IMG/VR virus record: IMGVR_UViG_3300027708_000025
Span: 64,001 to 128,000 of that record
Length of the DNA: 64,000 nt
Reading direction: 5' to 3' (one strand)
DNA from: a virus
Shown here: one piece after another, positions 36,307 through 46,458 of the stretch
How the letters are laid out: every line of letters begins with the position of its first letter
How positions within the stretch are numbered: position 1 is the first letter of the stretch
Position numbers and translations under genes: made by a program
Notes under the pieces: generated by a model
What the model was told of the DNA's origin: nothing
Database searches by the model: none
The model's input: the letters and a program-made list of their open reading frames with translations, nothing else

Positions 36307-37881
36307 TTACGGCTTGTAAAAAACAAAAATCGGTTCATACTTCAACCACATCCCGTTCACCTTGCAAAAATTCTTTGCTTTCGGCAAACCAGTGTCAGGA
36401 TCAATACGATTGCCACCTGGCATTTGTGCTAGTGCCATTTTGACTACACCTTTGAATTGCATACCGAGTGATTCCAAAATGTCTTTGCTATCTTTTTCAA
36501 GTGGCAACATGTCAGCACCAAATTTAGCGTCAGCAATATTCCAAAGTAAGTATCTGTCATTACGCAAATACTCAACAGCAGTTTCTAACGTTGGTCGCAA
36601 GAAACCTTCACGCCATGCATCATAGCCAGTAAACTTTTTATACGATTGCGTTGGGTCTTCGCTATACGCTTCCTTAGCAAAGTAAGGAGGGCTAGTGAAC
36701 ACCATGTCTAATTCGCCCTTGTACTTTTGGAACGAACTATCATCTCGGACAACTTCAGAACCAAGTTGAAAAATTTCATAAGTATTGGACTGTTCGAACA
36801 AAACTCCTTCGTTCTTTGCGGAGTTATAGAACTCAGCCAAATCGGCATATTTAGTACTAGGAGTGACGCCATCCCCACCAATAGTGTGATCGGTATTAGG
36901 ATCAGTACCCACATAGTGTAAAGGAATAGAAGTGCGAGAAGCCATAGCACCCAAGATACGCCCACCCCAACCAGAAGAGGGATCGTAAACAACAATTCTA
37001 TCTTGGTTCTTAACGTGTCTAGTAAATTTTTCATAAAGAAGTTTTGCAGTCAATGGTGGAAAGTTAACAGCATATTGGCACCACGATACTCGGAATGCTT
37101 TCAAGCCGACAGGAAAAATCTTTTGTCCATACTTGTACATACGCAGACGATACTTCTTTTGGTCATGTGACTTTATGTTCATTGTAGACTTAGTTGGAAT
37201 TGTCTCTAGAATATCTTGCGTCACTTCAAGATACTTTACGCCTTTGAGTTGTTCATTGTAACCACTATACTCTTCGTCATCATCACGACTCTCTACCCAA
37301 TAGTCATAACCATATTGACGAATGTTATTGTCTTCAAACCAACGAACAAAGTCATTGCCATTCTTAAATTTTACATTATAAGAACCAACAGAAATAATCT
37401 CATTGACTTTAACTGTATTTGAATATGCATAGAATGAATCACGCTTGAAGTGTCGTTTGGAATACTTCAATGTCTTCTCAAGTAATTCATCTTTTAGAAA
37501 GTGGTCATAGATTGAAAGCCCATCGTCATTCTTAGAGTAGTTAATGCGTGTTTTCATCATGGTTGGGAACCATTGATTAGCCGCATTGCCGACTACGCTA
37601 GTATTTCTGATTACATCTTTTTCACCAGTCAATTCATCAACATGTTCAAATTCATGCACAGAGAATCCATACATCTCTTTGAATTGTTTTTTGATCGCAC
37701 CTTCATCCCAACCAACTCTAGGGGGTTGACCCATAGTGTCCCATGAGTGTACAACTGCTTTACGCAAATCAATGAACCATTGACGAAATTCGTCTTCAGT
37801 CATCCATTGCACTTCTTCAAATGTCTTGTTTGTTTCGTGGTTCAATAACCAATCGTTACGTTCATAAAAATGTTTTGTCAT
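36307..37881 (-). CDS. SAM-dependent amino-methyltransferase (N4-C/N6-A DNA MTase-like) with long N-terminal extension
   Basis: YDPSSGWGGR (motif I), FTSPPY (motif IV); start MTKHFYE overlaps the deaminase stop. Confidence 0.8.
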   Translation of the reverse strand: MTKHFYERNDWLLNHETNKTFEEVQWMTEDEFRQWFIDLRKAVVHSWDTMGQPPRVGWDEGAIKKQFKEMYGFSVHEFEHVDELTGEKDVIRNTSVVGNAANQWFPTMMKTRINYSKNDDGLSIYDHFLKDELLEKTLKYSKRHFKRDSFYAYSNTVKVNEIISVGSYNVKFKNGNDFVRWFEDNNIRQYGYDYWVESRDDDEEYSGYNEQLKGVKYLEVTQDILETIPTKSTMNIKSHDQKKYRLRMYKYGQKIFPVGLKAFRVSWCQYAVNFPPLTAKLLYEKFTRHVKNQDRIVVYDPSSGWGGRILGAMASRTSIPLHYVGTDPNTDHTIGGDGVTPSTKYADLAEFYNSAKNEGVLFEQSNTYEIFQLGSEVVRDDSSFQKYKGELDMVFTSPPYFAKEAYSEDPTQSYKKFTGYDAWREGFLRPTLETAVEYLRNDRYLLWNIADAKFGADMLPLEKDSKDILESLGMQFKGVVKMALAQMPGGNRIDPDTGLPKAKNFCKVNGMWLKYEPIFVFYKP

Positions 37882-38342
37882 ATTATTTGTTTTACTGTTA
37901 TTCCGCATTTATTTAGGAAACTGATTCCTGTGTCATCACGATAATCTTCACCATAGAAGACTTCTTTAATTCCGCTTTGAAATATCATTTTAGCACAGTC
38001 CATGCATGGGGCGCAAGTGATAAACATACTTGCACCATCACCACTCTCGGTAGACTTAGCAAGTTTTGCGATTGCGTTAGACTCTGCATGGAGAACTTCG
38101 GATTTTGTTTTGAGTTCTGTTTTTTTTGTCAAAGAAAAAACACCAGGAGAAATTTCTTCTTGGGTAATAAACATGTCCTCACAATTATTATCCCATCCGC
38201 TTGGCATACCATTGTAGCCGATTGAAATGATCCTGTCATCTTTTACAATGACAGCACCAACATGTTTTCTTTTTGCGCTACTCAATTCGGCAAAGACTTT
38301 TGCAGTCTTCATGTATGCGCCTAGATATTTTTCTTTAATCAT
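37878..38342 (-). CDS. dCMP deaminase
   Basis: GYNG, HAESNA, PCMDC. Confidence 0.93.
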   Translation of the reverse strand: MIKEKYLGAYMKTAKVFAELSSAKRKHVGAVIVKDDRIISIGYNGMPSGWDNNCEDMFITQEEISPGVFSLTKKTELKTKSEVLHAESNAIAKLAKSTESGDGASMFITCAPCMDCAKMIFQSGIKEVFYGEDYRDDTGISFLNKCGITVKQII

Positions 38343-38589
38343 TGTCTTCGTATTTTTCAGTTTGTTCAAAACGTCTTTCTTGAATTGTTTTTTCTTTCCA
38401 GACTTTTCTAGGATTTGCACACATCACACAATTTGGATTTCCGCAATCTAGTACATGATGTTTAGCTAATTGATGAGGAGACTCAACTGATATATTATAT
38501 GCTTTAGCAATTTTTAATTGTTTTCGTATTGCATTTTCGTCTTTAAGGATTCGTTTAGATTTTTTGAATTTATCTTCTTCGTTACTCAT
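38335..38589 (-). CDS. Small basic Cys/His-rich hypothetical protein
   Basis: KHHVLDCGNPNCVMCANPRK. Confidence 0.7.
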   Translation of the reverse strand: MSNEEDKFKKSKRILKDENAIRKQLKIAKAYNISVESPHQLAKHHVLDCGNPNCVMCANPRKVWKEKTIQERRFEQTEKYEDND

Positions 38590-38611
38590 GTTCGTTTCCT
38601 TTGAATATTTG

Positions 38612-39376
38612 TTACGCTACATTCCAGATTAGTGCGCCTGGTTTCCCACTACTCACTACGAACTGCCAAAGTTTAGCATCGTAGTACTTCTCAGATGGAT
38701 ATGGAGGTGCTTGATCCTCTTCTATTGCTTGGTCATACTTATATGGTGAACGCATAGTAATAGCACGACCTTTTTCATAGTCACTCATCTTATGTCCAAT
38801 CTCTACTGCATATGCAGGCACATCAGGAAATGCTAATTGCAATCCACGATTCAATGTTCCACTTGATGCAACAGTCCAAATCTCTGTTGGTTTAATTTTC
38901 AAATCTGTTGCGACTTTAACAATTGATGCAAGCACAGACGGATGTTCTAATCCTAAAGGCAAGCATTGTCTGCGTTTTGTATCTTCTTCTTGATATCGTC
39001 TTGCTCTTGCTTTTGTCACAGTAAGCATACCATTGTCAACCCAATGAATAGTGCCGCCAAGGTCCAACACTCTTTGTTGATGCCATGTAGGCTCTTTGCG
39101 TTTAGCCATGAAGAACGTTGCTTTTTTTCCATACAGATTGCACACATATGTTAAAGATATAGGACCCCAACCAACTTTGTTTGCACCACCAAAGACCCAT
39201 TCATCACATTGAGTAGTTTTCACAAGATGGTCAATGAATCTACTTTTGCTTCCATACTCTAACAAGTCATCACGCACAACATGAAAGCCATGGTGCATTT
39301 CAACTATTGGTGCAGGGTTTGGGTCTTTCCATCCTTGTATTATATCATAAGATTCTTCAGGATACAAGCGACTCAT
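38612..39376 (-). CDS. PLP-dependent enzyme-like protein (fold type II; ACC deaminase/D-Cys desulfhydrase-like)
   Basis: VVRDDLL..GSKSR Schiff-base Lys motif; VASSGT loop; YDAK; C-terminal IWNVA. Confidence 0.7.
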   Translation of the reverse strand: MSRLYPEESYDIIQGWKDPNPAPIVEMHHGFHVVRDDLLEYGSKSRFIDHLVKTTQCDEWVFGGANKVGWGPISLTYVCNLYGKKATFFMAKRKEPTWHQQRVLDLGGTIHWVDNGMLTVTKARARRYQEEDTKRRQCLPLGLEHPSVLASIVKVATDLKIKPTEIWTVASSGTLNRGLQLAFPDVPAYAVEIGHKMSDYEKGRAITMRSPYKYDQAIEEDQAPPYPSEKYYDAKLWQFVVSSGKPGALIWNVA

Positions 39377-40469
39377 ACAGGTCTCCTTCCGAGATTGCAT
39401 CTATGACTAAGTGAATTCTATTTTCAGTTCCATTGTTGATAGCTTGATGTGGCTTACGTGTATCTAGAAACCACAAGTCTCCAACATCCATATGTACCTT
39501 TTGTGGATTGCCTTTTGGATCCCACACAGTAAAAATCATGTTTGGATTAGTAATGATTGGTATGTGTAGTCTTGCAAGTTTGCCTTTAGAACCACCAGAG
39601 TCTTTATCTACTTGATCGGTATGTCGTTCAAGTTCTCCACCGCCAGGTTTCAATTGCATGAAACGAACACGATGCACTTGTTTATATTTACTCAACAACT
39701 CACGCACTTCAGGAAACATATCATAGAGTGGTGTGTCTTGCAATTCAAATTTTATGTCTTTGTTTTTTTCTTTCCAGTCATCACTCATCTCTGAAGGCTT
39801 TGTAATGAAGTCTGATTCTGGACGATAGCCACGTAGTGACAATGCAGACCATGCTTTATCTTTGTTGTAGTTACTATAATGATTTGTGAATGCTGGTAAC
39901 GTTGCTAACTTAGCAGAAACAGATTCAATAAATTCTGATGTGATTGCACCAATCTTTTTGATGCTTAGATATTCTGTTGATTCAACTTTAGGAAATGAAC
40001 GTGGAATAGGACTGTTACTCTTAAAGTAAATTGCATGTACTTCTCCGTATGTTGTAATCTTAGGACCAACATAACAGAAACCCAACTCTTCAGCTAAGTC
40101 ACAATGTGCTTTGTTTTCTGCCCATACAGTTAACCAAAAATTGTTTCCTGACAATAAAGAAATTTGATGCTTAATCGTATTAATATTGCCTGAAAGTTTT
40201 CCGATTGAAACATCACCTTTTACTTTTGTTGCAATAACTGTGTCTCCATGCATTGTAATATCTGATGCAACTTTACTATTCGTAACTTCAAACATTGAAG
40301 GTTCAAGACCAAATTCACTAAAAATAAGATTACCTTTTTTCAAAGACTCTGCAATGTTGTTCTTCTTATACTTTGCGAAAGGAGATAATGTATATGCATT
40401 GTAGTCTGCATACTGTGCCTCAAGCCCTTTGAGATAATCTATGTCATATCCATGTTGCCAAGGTTTCAT
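39357..40469 (-). CDS. Two-domain protein: degenerate GNAT-like N-terminus + AspH-type 2OG-Fe(II) oxygenase
   Basis: LTVWAEN...AEELGF (GNAT-like); HTD...RLHIPIITN...DTRKPHQAINNG...RIHLVID. Confidence 0.75.
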   Translation of the reverse strand: MKPWQHGYDIDYLKGLEAQYADYNAYTLSPFAKYKKNNIAESLKKGNLIFSEFGLEPSMFEVTNSKVASDITMHGDTVIATKVKGDVSIGKLSGNINTIKHQISLLSGNNFWLTVWAENKAHCDLAEELGFCYVGPKITTYGEVHAIYFKSNSPIPRSFPKVESTEYLSIKKIGAITSEFIESVSAKLATLPAFTNHYSNYNKDKAWSALSLRGYRPESDFITKPSEMSDDWKEKNKDIKFELQDTPLYDMFPEVRELLSKYKQVHRVRFMQLKPGGGELERHTDQVDKDSGGSKGKLARLHIPIITNPNMIFTVWDPKGNPQKVHMDVGDLWFLDTRKPHQAINNGTENRIHLVIDAISEGDLYESLVS

Positions 40470-40972
40470 TTTTTTACCTTACGTTTTAAAATCATGCGTT
40501 TGCGTATAGCACGTTGTGTTTCAAATGATGATGCCTTTTGAGTATATACTTTTCCAAGCATATGGTCAAATTCGTGCAATGCAATTCGTGCAGTCATGCC
40601 AATAAACTTTTCAGTTCTTGTTTCACCTGTCTCATCTTGAAAACGAATACGTATTGAGTCTGGACGTTTAACGTTTAGATACAATAGAGGAAAACTTAAA
40701 CATCCTTCTTTCATTGTCAGTTCTTTATCTGATACATCAACTATTTTTGGATTAAATACTGCATATGGTTTCTCACTAGTTCTCATAACAAAAACACGAT
40801 ATGGTTGCCCAACTTGATTAGCTGACAATCCAAGTCCATCATTCTTAATCATCTTATCATGCAATGCTTGTGCAAACTCTTTTGGATCAAATGGTGGGTT
40901 ATTAAAATCAAACTCTTTACATTCTTGCAAAAGAACGGGTGATGTTTCCGAAACTAAATTCAATTCAATCAT
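40466..40972 (-). CDS. def: Peptide deformylase
   Basis: GLSANQVG, EGCLS, HEFDH. Confidence 0.95.
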   Translation of the reverse strand: MIELNLVSETSPVLLQECKEFDFNNPPFDPKEFAQALHDKMIKNDGLGLSANQVGQPYRVFVMRTSEKPYAVFNPKIVDVSDKELTMKEGCLSFPLLYLNVKRPDSIRIRFQDETGETRTEKFIGMTARIALHEFDHMLGKVYTQKASSFETQRAIRKRMILKRKVKK

Positions 40973-42681
40973 TTTGTTATCCTTGAGAAATTATTTACTT
41001 TTTCAAATCTAATCACGTTGGCAAACTTGTCTTGCAGAATATCACCTTTGTGTGATATGACAAACAGGTTTGATCCTTCAAGCATGTTTAGAATTTTCAT
41101 CAAATCTTCTGTACCATTTGTATCTAATGATGAATCAAAGATTTCGTCAAGTATCAATATGTTTGTACTTGCTGAATTCTTCAACTTGGCAACAGCACGC
41201 CAAGTCAACATCAATGCCATATCAATACGTTGCTTTTCACCTTCGCTGAATGATGCATATGTGAAATCATCACGATGGCGAGACTTGATTGTTTCTTTGA
41301 ATGACTCATCTAAATTAAAGTTCACAAAGAAATCTAATGATGCAAGATACTTGTTAACTAACTTGTTGATGACTGGTATGTATTGACGAATAATTTTCGT
41401 TTTGATACCGGTATCTTTTAATAAGTTCGTTGCAATCTCATAATACAAACGTTCTTCAGAAATAACTTTAATCTCAGATTCCAATTCAGCAAGTTCTTGA
41501 TTCAATGTTTCAAGTTTTGTTTGTTCAGTTTGCAGGTCATCTTTGACTAACGACAATCGTTCAATTTCTTTTTCAAGACTTTCAATGTATCTACGATTGG
41601 CTTTAATCTCGCTCTGTTCAAATGTCAATTGTGAATTCAACGTTTGAATTTGTCCTACAATCTTTTCAATCTCATCACATCTAACATTAAGTGTATCAAT
41701 CTCTTCATCAACTTTTTTCAATGCGATATCAACTTCTTCAAGTTTTTTAGATCGCTCTTCAATGATGTGTGATTTGTATTCATCACCGATTGTCTGCTTA
41801 CATGTTGGGCAATCATTGTTGTCGTGATAGAATGAAATGTCAGTATTAACTTTCTTAAGTGTTTTACCTAGATTGAGTTTGATGCCTGAGAATTTTGTTA
41901 TCTTTCCATCAACTTTATCTTTGTCTGAAATCTGTGTACACAAATCAGACAAACTTTGACGTAACGTTGTACAGTTAGTTTCACTCTCTATAACTAAATG
42001 TTGAGTGTTAGCAATGTCTTGTTGCTTAGATGAAAGTTGTGCGGCATTACTTTTGTTTAACGAATCAATAAATTGAATTTGATATTGTATCTTTTCACTC
42101 TTCAAATCAACTGCGTATTTTGTTTGAGAATGTTTTTCTTTCAACAACAAAAACTTATCTTTAAGTGCGCTATTCATGCGAGAGAAGATTTGAATGTCTA
42201 ACAAGTCTTCAATGATAGAACGTCTATCGCTTGCAGACAATTGCATGAATGGAGTAAATGATGCTGAACCCAATAGAACGATTTGAGTAAATGATTTATA
42301 GTTGAGTTTGAGAATGAATTTCTCTAGATGTTCCTGATAGTCTTTGACTGCGGCATCTTGATTGACTAGATGCCCATTACAATAAATCTCAAAGATATTT
42401 GGTTTGATACCACGAACAATTTTGTATGTCTTGTTGCCTGTGTCAAATTCAATTTCGGCAACGCAATCTTTTTGATTGATCGTATTAACAAGTTGCCCTT
42501 TGTTAATATTGCGAAATGGTTTACCAAACAGCACAAAGCACAATGCGTCAAGCATCGTAGACTTACCTGAACCATTAGCGCCAACAATCAATGTAGTATT
42601 GTTGCTATCTAAGTTCAGTTCAGTAAAAAAGTTACCTGTAGATAGAAGGTTCTTCCATCTTAAATTACGAAAAATTATCAT
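40969..42681 (-). CDS. 46: gp46 SMC-like recombination ATPase
   Basis: GANGSGKS, CPTC hook, FSEGEK, LDEIFD. Confidence 0.96.
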   Translation of the reverse strand: MIIFRNLRWKNLLSTGNFFTELNLDSNNTTLIVGANGSGKSTMLDALCFVLFGKPFRNINKGQLVNTINQKDCVAEIEFDTGNKTYKIVRGIKPNIFEIYCNGHLVNQDAAVKDYQEHLEKFILKLNYKSFTQIVLLGSASFTPFMQLSASDRRSIIEDLLDIQIFSRMNSALKDKFLLLKEKHSQTKYAVDLKSEKIQYQIQFIDSLNKSNAAQLSSKQQDIANTQHLVIESETNCTTLRQSLSDLCTQISDKDKVDGKITKFSGIKLNLGKTLKKVNTDISFYHDNNDCPTCKQTIGDEYKSHIIEERSKKLEEVDIALKKVDEEIDTLNVRCDEIEKIVGQIQTLNSQLTFEQSEIKANRRYIESLEKEIERLSLVKDDLQTEQTKLETLNQELAELESEIKVISEERLYYEIATNLLKDTGIKTKIIRQYIPVINKLVNKYLASLDFFVNFNLDESFKETIKSRHRDDFTYASFSEGEKQRIDMALMLTWRAVAKLKNSASTNILILDEIFDSSLDTNGTEDLMKILNMLEGSNLFVISHKGDILQDKFANVIRFEKVNNFSRITK

Positions 42682-43766
42682 TCAATGTTTTCTGTGGATA
42701 GTGCCTCAACATAAAGTTCACGCATCAATGTTTTAAGTTTATTTGTATCAGAAATATTTAGGCTTTGTGCATCAATGAATGTAGAAAGAATTGTCATAGT
42801 ATCTTGCGCTTGGTCAATAATATCTTTTTCAGTTGTCTCTTCATTCAATTCTGTAAAGTCTTCAACAATTGTCACATCAACTGGACCAACTTTATAAATT
42901 TCATCTATAAGTTTCTCAAACAAATATGGGTCTTGTTTATTAGCAACAATGACTTTCACATAAGCATTTGCATATTTACTGAAATCAAGTTTCTTTAAGT
43001 CTTCAATTTTTAATTTGTCTGTGCTATTGTTATCGTCATAATTTACTTTGTAAAACATTCTGTGAGGATTCTCTAAGAATGTTGTCTTCATTGTTTCAGT
43101 ATCTAAGATGCCAAATTGTTTTTTATCTTTGTAGTCATTCCAAAACAATTCATATGGTGCACCAACATATGTGATGTTGTCGTGCTGTGATGGCGTATGA
43201 TAGTGTCCGCTGTATACATGATTATAATTGTTTAGAAACTTATAGTCAAGTCCTTCATGGCTATCTACACCACGGAACAATGGAAAACCAGCGAGTTCAA
43301 AGTGTCCCATGCACAATGGAGAAGATGTGTTCTTTACAAACTCAAAAACTTCTGCTTCATTGCTTTTGCAAATCCATGGTATCATATCAATTTTGATTCC
43401 ATCAACTTCAAGTGTTCCTGGTTTCTGCCATAGAACAATATTGTGATAGTCTCTCAACAACAAGTCTGGTGAATTAACTTCTAAACTTTCTTTCCAGAAG
43501 ATATCGTGATTGCCAATCAATGCGTGAACAGTAATGCCTTCTTCAACGCATCTATCAAAAAAGTATCTACGACTTTCCATCAGCGAAAGAAAGTTAATAT
43601 ACTTTCGTCTGTCAAACAAATCACCAAGTTGAATGATTGTTCTTACGCCATGCTCTTCTAATTTTGGAAAGAATGTTTCATCATAAAATTTTTCATAGTA
43701 AGCATGAAACGCTTTGGAGTCATTTCTAACACCAAAGTGCGTATCACCTAATAGACATATTCTCAT
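42678..43766 (-). CDS. 47: gp47 Mre11-like nuclease
   Basis: DTHFG, GDLFD, GNHD, GHYH. Confidence 0.96.
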   Translation of the reverse strand: MRICLLGDTHFGVRNDSKAFHAYYEKFYDETFFPKLEEHGVRTIIQLGDLFDRRKYINFLSLMESRRYFFDRCVEEGITVHALIGNHDIFWKESLEVNSPDLLLRDYHNIVLWQKPGTLEVDGIKIDMIPWICKSNEAEVFEFVKNTSSPLCMGHFELAGFPLFRGVDSHEGLDYKFLNNYNHVYSGHYHTPSQHDNITYVGAPYELFWNDYKDKKQFGILDTETMKTTFLENPHRMFYKVNYDDNNSTDKLKIEDLKKLDFSKYANAYVKVIVANKQDPYLFEKLIDEIYKVGPVDVTIVEDFTELNEETTEKDIIDQAQDTMTILSTFIDAQSLNISDTNKLKTLMRELYVEALSTENIE

Positions 43767-43932
43767 ACTTCCGTTGCCCTTGCTTCTTCATTGTTGTACC
43801 TAAAGATTTATCAATTATAGCACGAATTGCAGTCAAATGCAAGATAGCGGCATCTCTTAAATCTTGCGGCGATCTTTTATTATTCACAATCTTTAGCCAG
43901 TTTTCAAGTTGGACTGGAATGGGTGTCTGCAT
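43744..43932 (-). CDS. Small hypothetical protein
   Basis: Start reassigned to MQTPIPVQLENW; between 55 and 47. Confidence 0.55.
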   Translation of the reverse strand: MQTPIPVQLENWLKIVNNKRSPQDLRDAAILHLTAIRAIIDKSLGTTMKKQGQRKYENMSIR

Positions 43933-44530
43933 TATCTTTCTCCAGAAATTCATCAAATATAGTTTCTTTCTTTTTCTTTCTAGGCTTTGCATTGGCAATC
44001 TTTTTTTCTTTGTTTGCTTCAAATGCATTAATGAAATCACTAATGAATTCTTCGCTGTATGCGTCATGTAATACTCCATTGAGTCCTGAAGTCACATAGT
44101 CTTCTCCATTGTTTTCGATGAGTGAAGTAATGATAAGATTGTCCATGCTCTTGTATTTTATATATAAATGTTTTTTCTCTTTTTGAATTCTTCGCAAGAA
44201 TGCATAGTAAATGATTTGAGTAAAGTATGCAAATGGATTTTTAGACTTCTCAGGATCAAAGTTATCAATGTACAGTAGACAGTTTTCAATACCATCAGAT
44301 ACCATATCTTCTTTGAATGTATAGTTTGCAAAGTTTGGTTTACGTGCCAAGTGCGTTGCAATTTTAAACAAGCATTCGCCAATGTACTCAGGTACTCTTG
44401 GACGTTCTCCATTTATTTCTTTTGCTTCTTTAACAGCCGCACGAAAAACAACCATCTCTTGTAGGAAATGTTCGTTGTTTACGTAATGCTTCACTTTTGT
44501 TGTTTTCACGGTAGTGGTAGTAATAGTCAT
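43904..44530 (-). CDS. 55: Late sigma factor gp55
   Basis: HYVNN..F, YIGECLFKIA, NPFAYFTQI..AFLRRIQKEK; acidic/Phe C-terminal tail. Confidence 0.96.
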   Translation of the reverse strand: MTITTTTVKTTKVKHYVNNEHFLQEMVVFRAAVKEAKEINGERPRVPEYIGECLFKIATHLARKPNFANYTFKEDMVSDGIENCLLYIDNFDPEKSKNPFAYFTQIIYYAFLRRIQKEKKHLYIKYKSMDNLIITSLIENNGEDYVTSGLNGVLHDAYSEEFISDFINAFEANKEKKIANAKPRKKKKETIFDEFLEKDNADTHSSPT

Positions 44531-44599
44531 GTTTCACCTCAGTTAGTTGACAAACACTTGACAATGAGTTATTATTGCTGTGTCCTGTTTGATAAAGAC

Positions 44600-44998
44600 T
44601 TAATGTAATATATGATTGTTAGATGAAGTCATTGCCATTCTCATCCTATCAATCTCTTCCTTAATTTCAGACATCCTGTCTTCCGATTGATTTTCATCAT
44701 CAATCTCAATATCAGGTTCATTGTCCGAATCAAATTCGTTATACGCTTCCCCATAAACTCTAACAATTTCTGTAGTAGCTTCTGATACGGAAACAATACT
44801 TTGCTTAAAGATTCTAGCGGGAATGCTAAAATTCATAAGTGGATCCCATTTTGTAAGAGATAAACTATACATGTGTTCATCTCTAGGAACAACAACAACT
44901 CTCATAGGGCGATGCACTTCAATGAAGCCTCTACTTTCTTCAACAACATTTCCGATGAGAGTATCACCGTTTGTTAATTTTAGTACTTTGCACAGCAT
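44600..44998 (-). CDS. Conserved T4-like hypothetical protein (Sm-like)
   Basis: VLKLTNGDTLIG N-terminus; between uvsW and 55. Confidence 0.7.
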   Translation of the reverse strand: MLCKVLKLTNGDTLIGNVVEESRGFIEVHRPMRVVVVPRDEHMYSLSLTKWDPLMNFSIPARIFKQSIVSVSEATTEIVRVYGEAYNEFDSDNEPDIEIDDENQSEDRMSEIKEEIDRMRMAMTSSNNHILH

Positions 44999-46458
44999 TA
45001 TTCTTCCTTTAAATTTAACGTATAGATTTTATATTCAAACTTTTCATCGTTGTAGATTTTCATCCGTTCAATAAAATGTTCTAACGTAAAATTCTTTCTA
45101 CTTTTATAAGTCATGTCATCAGATATGTCATATAGAATAGCTTCTTTTTTATTGTCACCCAAACGCAATCCTCGCCCAATAGACTGTAGTGTTCTAATCT
45201 TACTCTTGCTTGGTGAAGCAAAAATAACATTGTGTAGATTACGAATATTGATACCAGTAGAGAATGTTCCATACGATGCTACGATGATTGCATTCTCTTC
45301 TTCTTCAGTAATTCTACGAACTTCTTCTCGTTCATCTACTCCAACAGCACCATGAATAAAAAATACAGGTCTATTTTCTTCTACTGCGTCCTTAATCATA
45401 TTATACAGTATTCTGCCGTGCTTTTCAACGAATTGATACAGCAACAGAGTGTTACCTTCTAAACCCATAGTTAGATTTCTAATGAATCTATTACGTGACG
45501 GCTTACCTATAATATAATTTATCTCATCTTGATATTTAAAATTCTTACCTAGCTTACATGATTCTTCGTTATGCTTAAGCACCAATGCTTTGATTCTAAA
45601 CTTAGCTAATCGTCCAGAGTCAATCAATTCTTTTGTTGTTGTAATCTGTTTGACTTTACCAAACAATCCTTCTAAAACTAATCTATGTGTCTGTGTGCCA
45701 TCTAGTGTGCCTGTCAATCCAAATCTATATTTGCACTCTGTTAGTTTTGTTAGAATTGATATCAACGACTTTGCTTTAAACAAATGCGCTTCATCTCCAA
45801 CAACTAATTCAAATTCTTCAAACCATTCTTTTGGCATCTTGTAAATTGATTGCCATGTAGATATGACAATGGGGCAATCAGTTTCTTTGCTTGCACCTGA
45901 CATAATCTGGTGTATGTATTTATCACTCTCGAATCCATAGTCTGCAAAGTCTTTGTATAACTGTGCAACAAGTGATATCGTAGGAACAATGATAAGAGTT
46001 TTGCAATTTAAATATCTCGCAATGAGATATATGATAAGCGACTTGCCAGATGCTGTTGGTGATACTAATAAGTTTCTTCTACTACGTACTGCATGAATGA
46101 ATGCATCTATTTGATAGTCTCTAACTTCAAATGGTACACCTAGCGTATCAATAAAGTCTTTTGCTTCTGTTACAGAAAATTCGTCATACGTTTCTACTGA
46201 TTCATCAAATTCAATTACGTAGTCACGTTCTTTAGCAAACTTTTCTAAGTATGGAATCAAACCATAATAAATTTGTCTGTTCTGAGAATTGAATAGACGT
46301 ATCTTTCCATCCCACACTTTGTTTCTGAATGCGGGCATGAATTTGTAACCGGGAACGTAGAACGTGAAGTATTCATTCAACTCCATTGCATCGGAGTTCT
46401 CACACTTGATGTGTGCGTAGACTTCATCTACTTTTGAGATATAGAGTTTATTGTACAC
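44998..46458 (-). CDS. uvsW: UvsW helicase
   Basis: RDYQ, PTASGKS, DEAH, QSIGRGLR. Confidence 0.96.
   Translation of the reverse strand: MYNKLYISKVDEVYAHIKCENSDAMELNEYFTFYVPGYKFMPAFRNKVWDGKIRLFNSQNRQIYYGLIPYLEKFAKERDYVIEFDESVETYDEFSVTEAKDFIDTLGVPFEVRDYQIDAFIHAVRSRRNLLVSPTASGKSLIIYLIARYLNCKTLIIVPTISLVAQLYKDFADYGFESDKYIHQIMSGASKETDCPIVISTWQSIYKMPKEWFEEFELVVGDEAHLFKAKSLISILTKLTECKYRFGLTGTLDGTQTHRLVLEGLFGKVKQITTTKELIDSGRLAKFRIKALVLKHNEESCKLGKNFKYQDEINYIIGKPSRNRFIRNLTMGLEGNTLLLYQFVEKHGRILYNMIKDAVEENRPVFFIHGAVGVDEREEVRRITEEEENAIIVASYGTFSTGINIRNLHNVIFASPSKSKIRTLQSIGRGLRLGDNKKEAILYDISDDMTYKSRKNFTLEHFIERMKIYNDEKFEYKIYTLNLKEE

Noticed and set aside
4446-44079. Long N-terminal extensions in ORF-track calls (4928, 18539, 23284, 27620, 30243, 37908, 38420, 39400, 44079)
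   Set aside because: They overlap upstream genes; downstream ATGs with an SD or ATGA coupling are better starts
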